A DNA stretch of 64,000 nt from Takakia lepidozioides (lineage: Eukaryota; Plantae; Bryophyta). Both the position numbers and the translations under genes were made by a program. This document shows, in pieces, positions 44,801 to 55,846 of the stretch. The first letter of the stretch is position 1. Each line of letters begins with the position of its first letter. A model generated the notes under the pieces. That model did no database searches, was not told the DNA's origin, and worked only from the letters and a program-made list of their open reading frames with translations. The DNA lies in NCBI GenBank assembly GCA_030704615.1, contig CM060734.1, positions 186,001 through 250,000 of the forward strand, in the 5' to 3' direction.

Positions 44801-47800
44801 GTGGAGAGTGGAGGAGAGGAAAGAACACCTGAAAGAGCACGGATTGTGCAAGTTCGAGGTGAAGCCAGGGAGAGGGCAGTAGAGACGACGAGAGTGCTGG
44901 AGGTGGTTTCGCAGGTGGCTGACCCTGTTGAGGAGGACGACATGGAGGTTTTTGACCAGGATGACATCCTCCCGGACATCCCCAGGCCCCAAACCCGGAG
45001 CATACAGGCTGGATTTGGCGGTCCTGGTGGGCTGCCGGAAAACCCCTCTGCAGCAGACGTCATGTCTGAGGCGGATATGAAGTTGGCCGCTGCCAAGATG
45101 TTGGAGGCAACCCACAGCAACATTGGCAGGGTGCTGGGGGGCATGGTGTACCCGGCCAAGCTTCGAATTCCCCTTTGCCGCTTGGTGTCATTGCAGGTGG
45201 TGAGACCTGCCCTCCCAGGCGATATCGACAAGCTGAAATTCTCTTTCCGGGATGGATATCGAATGGGGTCTGCCGCCTTTTACGTTTCCATTGAGAACGA
45301 CCACGGAGCTTCCCGTGCCCACACTTCCGATGAGGTGGACAAATGGGGTCCCCATTGGCAAACGCGAAATGAGGAGTTCGAGAGATCGATTGCTAGTGAT
45401 CCTCTTTTCCAGCACATGTCCGGTAAGATGTTCTACGTGTGGGACGGCAATCATCGCCTCCTGGCATGGATGGAGCACATTGCCCAAGCCCACCCCAACG
45501 ATCTCGATTGGCATTTCGCCGTCGACTGTGTTGTGCTGAAGGTTGCGGGGCCCAAAGATCGCAGTCTTCTCAAAGCTGCAATGGCCGACATCAACTCGTA
45601 AGCTACAACCCCTCTCGCTTTTGGACTTTGAATTTGGAAGTCATTTCATTGCGAATCCTCATATATGATGAAAATTCCCATTTCAGTATTGTTTGATGGA
45701 AATGTGGCACTGCAGGGTGACTGAGAATGCCTTCATTGCCACCAACTTGTCCCATATGCTCTTCCAGTGAAGGATGTCGGGAAGCAGGGGGTGCAAGAGT
45801 TTGCCAATTCCCTCAGTGCCGACCTCCTGCGCAAGTCGGAGGCAAAGGCAGACAGAACCTGGTATAGGCTGAGCGTCGACGCCATGGTGGACTACATATT
45901 TCGGGTAAAGCTCCTGACAATTTTGTTGAGCTAATCTGTCTCTCCTCCCCCAATAGAAGAAATTGTGTTGAGCAAGATCTCTAATCTTATGTGCGCATTC
46001 TTGACAGACGAAAATACAGCAGGATTTGGCACATGCGCGGAGGTTCTACATGGAGTCAGAGGAGAAGAATCCAACCCTCCCGGAACTCGAATCGTATGTC
46101 AAAGCTGCGGAGGTGAGGGCCCGCATAAAGTACAAGTCGCGGATGGTAAAGTACGTGGCCATAGCTGATCCCGCCCTTGGTGCCGACTTTCTGGTGGAGG
46201 TGGGGAAGCACTACTCTCACGCTCTGAAGCCCACGATGACATTGGAGAAGCTCCATCGTCTAGCCACATCCTGTGTGGATGCAACAGAAAAGGTGATACA
46301 TTCTTAACAAATTGTGGTGGCAACAACTCCTTTTTGTGGTGTTTGGCGCTTACGAATATGCTGGGTGGTTGGACAGACCCGGTGGCTCCAAATCTGGAAT
46401 GGTTCCCAAAGTACCAGGGACATGTGGAGCTTCCCCAAACCGGACAAACTCTCTGACCCCACATTCGACATGTGGATGAACCGCATGACATGGTGGTTTC
46501 AGGTACTTCCCCACGCTTCGTTTGGGGCTTCTACTCTAGTAGGGGGTGGATTCATTGTATTTTTTGAGGAAAGCGATCTGATGGACAATCTCCACAGGTG
46601 ACGACGAATGCGCAAGAGCAGCTGGACACACAAGCACATCAGTTCAAGATGGAGATATCTCCTGCAGCAGAGAGCCTACGTGACTATGTGACGAGGTACT
46701 TTCTGCTCTACAAAACCAACCTATTCTTTCGGGAGATAGCAGATGCTCGCCGGAGCCACGAGTTCACCGACCAGCCGAATGCGGACAAAGCAGCAATGCG
46801 CCTTCTGTACAGGTACATACGCGCTGCCTTTCTTTCAAGTCCTGGCATTTCAGGATGTTAAAGGCCTCAAGTGGTGTTAGGGAAAATGGCGCCGAATTTC
46901 CAGTCAGGGCTCCGAAAATGGCTAAGTCCCTAGACTGGCTGGCCCGGAACTGGAAATTCGGCGCCATTTTCCAGTTCCAGGCCCTATTGCCGTTCAGGGA
47001 CTTAGCCATTTTCGGCCTAAGTCCCTAGACTGGCTGGCCCTGAAGTGGAAATTCGGCGCCATATTCCAGTTTTAGGCCCTATTGCCGTTCAGGGACTTAG
47101 CCATTTTCGGCCTAAGTCCCTAGTGTGGCTGGCCCGCAACTGGAAATTCGGCGCCGTTTTCCAGTTCTAGGCCCTATTGCCGTCCAGGGACTTAGCCATT
47201 TTCGGGCTAAGTCCCTAGACTGGCTGGCCCTGAACTGGAAATTCGGCGCCCTTTTCCAGTTCCAGGCCGTATTGCCGTTCAGGGACTTAGCCATTTTCGG
47301 GCTAAGTCCCTAGACTGGCTGGCCCTGAAGTGGAAATTCGGCGCCATATTCCAGTTCCAGGCCCTATTGCCGTCCAGGGACTTAGCCATTTTCGGTCTAA
47401 GTCCCTACGGTGGCTGGCCAGGAACTGGAAATTCGGCGCCGTTTTCCAGTTCTAGGCCCTATTGCCGTCCAGGGACTTAGCCATTTTCGGGCTAAGTCCC
47501 TAGGGTGGCTGGCCCGGAACTGGAAATTCGGCGCCGTTTTCCAGTTCTAGGCCCTATTGCCGTCCAGGGACTTAGCCATTTTCGGGCTAAGTCCCTAGAC
47601 TGGCTGGCTCTGAACTGGAAATTCGGCGCCATTTTCCAGTTCCAGGCCGTATTGCCGTTCAGGGACTTAGCCATTTTCGGGCTAAGTCCCTAGACTGGGT
47701 GGCCCTGAAGTGGAAATTCGGCGCCATATTCCAGTTGTAGGCCCTATTGCCGTTCAGGGACTTAGCCATTTTCGGACCTCATTGTGTTTTTCATGAATGC

Positions 47801-50155
47801 AGGTACTGTAAGTTCTCCCTTTTGGAGAAAGGTCATCTGTCTTTCGAGCCACCATTCTTCCTGGCATGGAGGAACCCTGGGGCTGACTCCATGTACACTG
47901 ACGATATTGTGAAGGAGTGGCATCTGGAACATTTGCGTGATTGCCCTTGGTATGTGGACCTTCCGCCCGGCTCGCTCGACCCATCCGAGTTTCAATTGAA
48001 GCTGGATGCTGAATTCCGACGAAACCAGGCTCCGCTGCCTCCGTTGGGTGCAAAAGAGGCAAAAGCGCTTGCGAACTCCAGGAAAGCGGCAGAGCTTGCT
48101 CAGGCAGGAATTCAGGAGAAATTGCATGAGAAGAGTAAAGGTCAAAGGAAAAGGACAAGGAAACAGGTGACTGCAGTAACACCCAAAAAGAAGAAAACCA
48201 TCGGGGCATCGGAGGAGGCGCAGGAGGGGACCCAAGAGAGTGACTCCGACGCTGATTTTGTTCAAGGTCCTGCGACTGCTGTTGCTCCTACCCAGTCACC
48301 GGTCGTCCGGGTTCCCAAGTCAGTTCGGAGTGGGACTGGCTCTGCCAAGAAGTTGGCATTTGAGGGCGAGCCTACACGGCGGTATTCGGCGGTGACGTTT
48401 ACGCACAGGCCAAAGCTAGAACCTCCAACCATCATCCAATGCGTCAATGAGAGCTTCCTTGACGCTCTCGCTGCCAGGGCGAAGAAGGTGGCACACAACA
48501 AGTCTCTGGCGGAGCAGAAGGGGAAAGCCAAGAAGAGGGCTGCCGGTACAGAGCCTAAAGACACCCCTGGTTTTGAAGCCATGATGGAATTCTTCACGGC
48601 TGTGAGCACGAATTGCAAGAGCACTCGGGGGGGGGGGTTGAGGTGGAGAGAGCTTGCGACATGATTCTCCTCGACATTCCAGATGGGGAGCTGCTGGAGG
48701 GCCTGGATGGTGTGCCCACCTGGAACAGGTTTACTGAGGACTACTGGAAAGCCGGGTTTGGGCTGGCGGGGATGCTTCTGGATGACGGTGGATGTGTGGT
48801 TGTCCTTGCCACGAGAGGGAAGACCACAGAGAATGCGGTGGCAAGGTGGACACCGAAAAGTGTCACCCCGGTCCTCCTCAGAAAATGGTTCTGCATCAGT
48901 ACGCAGGGGTTGCGAACAGAGGGCCAAAGTGTAAGTTATCAATCTATTGCATTCACTTCATATTGTGGTGTATGTTAAGTAGACCCTGGAATTGATCCCT
49001 TCTTTGTTGGATGTGCAGACATTGGTGTTTGAGGCATATTGCTTTGTGAAGAGAGGGTCTACGTTCAAATTCCGCAACGACGGTCGTCTTGTTGATGCCG
49101 CTGTGGACCCTGTAACCTACGATGTCCTCTACAACTATGTGCCCCACTCTAGTATGCCGAAGGACACAAAGACAGGCAAACCGTGGCGGTACAGCCGGAC
49201 CCGGAGCCCTGCTTTCATCCAAACCCTCATGGAGACGTGCTCGGATGTCCAAGGGCGGATTCTGGACCTCACATGCGGCACGGGTAAGCCTTCACGTGCT
49301 CAGTTTGTCCCCTGGCCCCATTGCAATTGCATGCCGCAAGCTATTAACCGCCCGCTTTGTTCCTCAGGTGCTTCAATGTGGGCAGGGACATTGTCCGACA
49401 GGCATGTGTTCGCCTTCGAGCCAGATACTGCCCTCCACAACTCGGAACTTGCAGCGGCTGAACGTCTGCCGAAAGAGGAAGAGGCATCCTCGGAGGATGA
49501 GGAAAAATCCGAGAAGGAGCAGGGGGAGGAAGTTGGGATCGAGGCCGAGGAGCCCCCGGTTTACGAGTGAGTGGTGGCATTGTAAGTTGCCTCCAGATTT
49601 TGTGAGGCACCTCCCTCCGCTCTCTTATTTCATTGAAAACCCTTTCTGGTTGTGCTGGTATTGACATTCTTCAAGTGGATTTGTTCTTACTGTAGGATGC
49701 CAAGTACTGCCGGAGGGACGTCTACACCGGAGTTCATGGGCAGGAGGAACGTGCCTTTTTTTGCCAGGGGGGATTTCATGCCTAGTCCAGAAAGGGAGTA
49801 CATCCTTCCTACTTATGCTGCCCGGCTTGCTTCGGTGTCCATTAGGAGGTGTTCCGAACGTAGTCGTGTACAGCAGATTTTAGACGAGGCAAGCCTCAAG
49901 AAAATGAAGATGAGGGAGGAGGCAGCAGCTATTAGAGCCCGTCGGGCTCGTAGATTTGTGTTGGATTCTGCTGAGGAAAGTGGGGGAGAAGACGCAGAAG
50001 ATTCCCAGGAGGTGAGGTGGACAGTCCCCCAAGGAGAGGACGGGATTTTTGAGAGGCATAGTGGAACTGATGCATCACAGAGCTCGGAGGATGAGGGGGA
50101 TGAGGGGGATGAGGAAGAAGGTGGGGCAAGTTCCTCGGAGGGTGTAGGAGAGTAG
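44801..50155 (+). pseudogene. Spliced gene: ParB/Srx-like domain + beta-class N4C/N6A DNA methyltransferase-like domain, ~1200 aa, two frameshifts, 5' end displaced
   Basis: GT-AG exons in phase: ..45597, 45716-45904, 46008-46292, 46377-46502, 46598-46812, 47803-48930, 49019-49283, 49368-49566, 49696-50155. FYVWDGNHRLLAW at 45443. CDMILLDIPD (motif IV-like, 48673) precedes RSPAFIQTLMETCS..GRILDLTCGTGASMWAG...RHVFAFEPD (motifs X-I-II). Frameshifts at ~45767 and in the poly-G at 48627-48637. Confidence 0.75.
46880..47775. repeat. 95-bp tandem array (x9 plus a partial unit) filling an intron of the ParB-MTase gene
   Basis: GGAAATTCGGCGCC at 46952, 47047, 47142, 47237, 47332, 47427, 47522, 47617, 47712. 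Each unit also has the hairpin GGGACTTAGCC..GGCTAAGTCCC. Confidence 0.95.
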
Positions 50156-50376
50156 TGCCCATTCCGGCTATGACAGTTAGAACACACTTGTATAGACGTG
50201 GCTTGCCACAAAATTTGCAATAAAATGTTGCATTTCAAGTCCACTGGTGCCACATTCCAACTTCACATGACCCTATTTCCGTGCCTCCTAACCCTATTTC
50301 CGTGGACTCACAATGGTCTGCTCATGCTTTTTTTTTTTCCGCTCATGCTCATGCCGCTCATGAAATAGCAGCCCCC

Positions 50377-50770
50377 TGCTTACAGGTGCGGGTTGCTTGA
50401 AATTGCTAAACACAACATTCAGATTGCACAGGTGGTTCAAGCCAAGCACTACAACATGAGAGTTGTGTATTCCGAGAGTTTTCGTATTGGACAAACTGTG
50501 TGTGTTAGATTGCAGCCCGGCAAGCAGGTATCCAAGGCCAAGCTGCGAATCGACAGTCCCTATCTCATTCAAGACATACTTCCTGGTCGGCAGTACAAGC
50601 TTCTTCCTCAGCATTCTTCCACAACTCCGATCATTGGCAGTGTGCATGTTGCACAGCTTGTTCCTTCTCGACGTCAGTTTGATTTAACTTGCTTTAATGT
50701 AGAGAACCGCCATGTCATCTTGACTCCTAGGAAGCGTGCTCGTATAGAATTTGATTCTCTTGAGGAGTAG
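50377..50770 (+). mobile_element. Gypsy-type integrase C-terminal part (downstream half of the target site)
   Basis: Starts with the TSD (CLQ), then AKHNIQIAQ..QAKHY, FRIGQTV, SPYLI (GPY/F-like) and VHVAQL. Confidence 0.75.
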
Positions 50771-52959
50771 TTTAGTGGTGACACTGGCATGGATTGGATT
50801 TATTTTGACATTGGGTTACCATGACTTTCTCTCAGGTTTCACTCTCCAGAGATGGGGTTTTTCCCCATAAAGGTTTTGTCCTTCGCTCAAATTGCAGAGC
50901 AAGGTTTTCCTTTCTGAGGTTTTTTCATCCCATCTTTATGAAATCTTGAGCTTTGATTTGATTGTTCTGCTCGCTGGAGCTCGCAACTCTGCGTCAGGAG
51001 GCTTCACATATGTGATGACAAGATTCCACCTTCCTGGAAATTTCCTTGTGATGAATGAAGTGGATGACCATTAGGATGAAGTCACTCCGGTGAGCTGGCA
51101 GTTTTATGATTTATAAATACCTTGTCATCTAGTAAAACAACTAGCTTATCCTTAAGCTTACGGCATGGCATCTGACCTGGATAGACATCTGGTTGAGATC
51201 TACAGAACCAATCATGGAAAACCAAGTTGCTAAGATGATGATGTTGGAAGGATTATATAAAGCAGTACCCTGGCAAGCTAAGGCACCTGGTGTACTTTGG
51301 TGTGATCATTTTTCTATGTACAAGTAACGGATGTATGTGTGTTTGGATGAACTGTGAACCTTTGTGTGAGATCTTGTGTCCTCTTAGATAGATCCTTTCT
51401 TCCTCGCTTGCAAGCTTTACCGAGCTGACATCCATAATCAAGCATAAACCCGCAAAGGAGGAAAATCACCCGGGTATGCGAGAATATGGCTTCACAGCAC
51501 AACGATATTGATTGAAGTAGGCAAAACATCATCCATGCAGGCAATCTTTTCAGTCCATAATGTCAAAACGTCATCCACAAAGGCCATTCTTTTCATCTGT
51601 GGAATCTCGTACATCCAGATATATTAAATAATAACCTATTACCACTGCGCGGTTATCGGCTGCTGGTCAAAAGCTGTAGTGCAGGGATGAACTTATTATA
51701 GGATAAAAATAACGGATGGTGAGGATGGATGCAACACAGGAGTAAAAATTAGAATAGTCAGCAAAGAAGGGCAAGTCAGCAAGGCAAGATTCCAGTCATA
51801 ATGCGGGTCAGTGATGTGAATTGATGGGTGGACATCAGTGTCTATTTTTTAAGACTGCAACAGTGTCCTGGAAATAATTTGAGTTGAACCACCAAATGGC
51901 CCCTCATTCTGAGAACCAACCGGCTAAGTGGGTTGCGGAGTCGGTTGCTTCCCCTTAATGGTAAGTACAATAGTCAATTTCCTATGTAAACTTCCTCGGT
52001 AAATTTCCTAAGGTTTCAATTATCACTCGAAAATTCCTCGAAATCATTCGGCTAGCATGTAACTGGCTGCCGATTCTCCCCGTCGGTAGGACTGAGCAAC
52101 GCCCTTCAACTTGCAAAAATGCTCCATATGAAGGGCAAAAAAATCAGGGCCCTTCAAAAGAAAGGCTAGATAAAATCTGAACCTTTTATCATGAAGGGCT
52201 AAAAAAACAAGAAACTTGCAAATGAAAGTCTAAGTGTAATAATGAAGGGTTCAAGCCTCAAGGTACAAGTGCTTGATAATGAAGGTACAAGTGCTTAAAC
52301 CTATTGATTGACGAAACGAGATCCAAGGGTTGGAACTAGTGACTAGTGATTTTGTAAGTTAGTATTATGTATCATTTGTTGATGATTTACTGAATGGGAG
52401 CTTGTTGAACCCTAAAGCACCTTTCCTAAGTTGAAGGATATTGAATAGCTACAGACATGGGGGTGCTATATTGGGCTGTGGACTGGACTGGTTACTGCAG
52501 GTTGTTTTTATTTGCTCTGCTTGTAGGCTTTTCCTTTCATTATGGAGATTGTTGTGGATAGCAATATTTTGATGTCACAGATCTCGGATTTTAGGTGAGT
52601 AAACTAGTGTTGGGCGGGTATCTCATTGAGAACATCACCTACGGGCCCGGACTTGTCAATTTCGAAACACATTTAAAGCCCGCCGGGCCCGGACTTATCA
52701 GGAAACAAAGGTTTTTGTTGTCCGGCGGACATGCATAATTTGCAATTATTTTCTTTTTGCCGGACATGGATTTAAAGGGTTTGCTCTTATAAAAGCCCGC
52801 AGGTCATGTATAAGGGCAGGTCATGAATTTTATTATATATATATATATATTCAAATTACTCCAATTCCTATTATGAGAACAAAAAAAATGAAAATCCCAC
52901 TTAAATTAAACAATTAGTGTCTTGTTCAAAGCCTTAAAAACAAGCAATAAACCCATAGC

Positions 52960-53740
52960 TTAGTGAGAGTAATCAGATGTACTCATAAAGTCCATCTCAA
53001 AAAATCCAAAACTGTCAATGAGTTCCTCATTTTCTTCAATGATGTTATCTTCCATCGCAAGAAACTCTGCAATATCTGAACTGGCCATTCCACCACCACC
53101 AACTGTGGTATCCATTCTTGGGTCGTCAAGCCAATTCTTCATGATCAAAATAATTTTCTCAAGGTTCTCAATGCCGAGCCGACAACGACACAAGCATGTG
53201 ATGACACCCGCAATGTTGAATATACGCTCGGTCTCTATTTGAGATCCAACAACCCCAAGAATTTGACGTGCGAGAAACCCCACATTTGAAAATTGTAGTT
53301 CATGATTTTTCCACCATAACAAGGGATCGCTCTCATCCCCAGACACCGCCAACCGTCTAAATAGATACAGTTCAGATTTCAATAATCCAATGGATGTCTC
53401 CTCATTAGTTGCCAATGCCCCAAAAAGACCCACATCATGCAAAACAACATGTGGATCAGGGTCAACCTGGGCTGGTGGGGTCAAGCGGTTGAAAACTCAC
53501 AAGAGGAGGGACATCATTACACTTCTGTCATACTCTGCAATGCTGAGAACAACATTGCCCACATAATCTTGAATCACTTTAAGGCTCTTGTGCCGAGGGT
53601 CCAACATAAGGGCCAGCATGTTGTGGGCTCCACGGGCATGGTAAGTGCATGCAAAGGATAAAAATGGCTTTAATACCTCTATGACCTCAACTTTCATGCA
53701 AAAATAGAGGTATTCTAGCTCTGAGTCAAAGTCACCAGCC
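52960..53740 (-). pseudogene. hAT transposase C-terminal (dimerisation domain) remnant
   Basis: LMLDPRHK and DPLLWWK..FSNVGFLARQILG..GSQIETERIF..RL....LE..I.IMKNW. Confidence 0.88.
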
Positions 53741-54029
53741 TGTAAAATTCATACTCCATTTGTTAGTTTATGGTGCATATGGTCTAATTATCCTTGCATC
53801 AATTTCACACATTAAAAAAAAAATCAACAACAAGATTGATGTAACATAGAAGGGAAGATAAATAACATATAGGAACCACATGACAAGTGACAAGTCCAAT
53901 ACCTGCATGATGTGATCAGGGCCAGCTCCCCCATGGATAGCATGTCCGGGAAGCTCCGTGTACATATGCACGCACATTTTAATGGCAGTTGCAATGGCAT
54001 CCGAAAGCAGCCAATAACTGCAGAGATCT

Positions 54030-54930
54030 GGGAAGATGGCTTTGCATCCTACGATGCCTACTGAACCATTTCAGAAATGGGGACTAGACTTTGTTGGACC
54101 AATTAACCCACTAGCCAAGAATACATAGAACAAGTATATAATCACAACCACTGATTATACTACAAAGTGGGTGGAAGCTAAAGCTCTGAGGGACAACACA
54201 GCTAAGTCCACAGCAAGGTTCATGTATGAGAACATACTTACACGATTTGGCTGTCCCCTGGAATTTATCAGTGACTAGGGAAGTCACTTCATTAATGAGA
54301 CCATAGAACTATTGACTAAAGAGTTCATGATTGTGCATAGGAAGAGTACAACTTATTACCCATAGGGTAATAGGCAGGCAGAGGCTACCAACAAAATACT
54401 ATGTACTATCTTGGCTAAGATAGTCAATGCAAACAGAACAGATTGGGATACCAAGCTGCTGACAGCTTTGTGGTCATACAAGACTTCATATAAAGTCACC
54501 ACTAAGTATACACCATTCCAATTAGTTTATGATATGGAAGCTTTACTTCCAGTGGAATTCTTGTTACCTACCATGAGAACTGAATGGGGAAGGAGAATGG
54601 AATTGGAAGATTCAATTAAGGTCAGGAAACATGAATTATACCATGTGCAAGAAGTACGTGCTGATGCAGCTGATAACATGACCAGAATTCAGATGAAGAG
54701 GAAGGATCAGTTTGATGAAGGTAAATTAAAGACTTTTAAGACGGGAGATTTGGTACTGTGGTTGCAGAAGAAGGGGAAGATTAAAGCTTTTAAGCTTAAA
54801 TCACCATGGAAAGGACCTTATGTCATACAGAAGATGTATGATAATAACACCGCCATGTTACAAACCATTAACAAAGAAATGCTGGGAAGAGTCAATGCCA
54901 ATAAGTTGAAGGGATACAGTGGTATCCATG
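54030..54930 (+). mobile_element. Ty3/Gypsy (Athila/Tat-like) integrase, with in-frame stops
   Basis: PFQKWGLDFVGPI, DYTTKWVEA, ISD*GSHF, YP*GNRQAE, TPFQLVY and WKGPY. Confidence 0.9.
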
Positions 54931-55064
54931 ACAAACCATTGCAGCACTATTTGCATGTTGAAACACAAAAACAGTCACGGGCTGCGCCGGTAATACCAAC
55001 GGAGTATGAAGCACTTGTTGCTAAGCCGAGAGTGTATGACCAGGGCGGGAAGTACAGGTGTTTG

Positions 55065-55270
55065 CATAGCTATCACAGCCCATCACAGTGCCAAACAGCC
55101 TATCACAGCCGATCACAGCCGATCACAGTGTGACACAGCCTATCACAGCCGATCACAGTGTGACACAGCCTATCACAGCCGATCACAGTGTGATACAGCC
55201 TATCACAGCCCACCACAGTGTCACACAGCCTATCACAGCTCGTCACAGTTTGACATAGTCTGTCACAGCC
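55065..55270 (+). repeat. 30-bp minisatellite (gcctatcacagccgatcacagtgtgacaca) x~6
   Basis: Direct tandem copies downstream of the integrase. Confidence 0.9.
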
Positions 55271-55846
55271 CAACACAACCCACGCGAGTTACACAGTCCA
55301 TAGGGTCAGTGACAAGTGGACGTGGGTTAACGTCCGGAAAGTGGCCGGCGGGTGAAAAGACAGCTTGGAAGTCAAACTCGGAGAAGGTGCCACACGGACA
55401 GGGGAAGATGGAGGCAGGTCTAGAAACGAACACATGGTCGCCAGGGCGAAGCACACCGCAGCGCATATATTGCAAAAGCAGATGTCATCATGCAAGAAGC
55501 CACATTGAGCCGTCAAAGTACCTACCCGGTACATCAGCCAAAACTATTTGTGGGCCCATTAATGCATTCAGGGCAGGGGTAATGGAACCCTTTCCGAGTA
55601 CAGAAAAGAGGGACTTTTACCACATGTGTTACTGGACATTCCAGATGGAAATGTCCACGGAGGGGGGTAGAATTAAAAAGTTACCTAAGCAGGCAACAAC
55701 CAATCTGGAGCGAGAATTTCATGCAGGTGGTTCCCTCCAAGAAACAAGAACAAGAAATTGGAAGAGTTATGAGCGGAAGAGTCGGGGTGGCTTTGTATAG
55801 CTCGTGTCTCGACGGGAGGGGCAATCAAAGCTATAGCTTTGTAGCT

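Larger units (their letters stand above)
44739..50376. mobile_element. Cargo-bearing arm of the Mutator-like element
   Basis: Ends in ...CATGCCGCTCATGAAATAGCAGCCCCC (50376) followed by TSD TGCTTACAG. Contains the same palindrome core in an intron. Confidence 0.8.

Noticed and set aside
44801-50155. Bacterial or phage contamination, or a restriction-modification operon
   Set aside because: The gene has eight in-phase spliceosomal introns and sits inside plant TE nests. No restriction enzyme is present.
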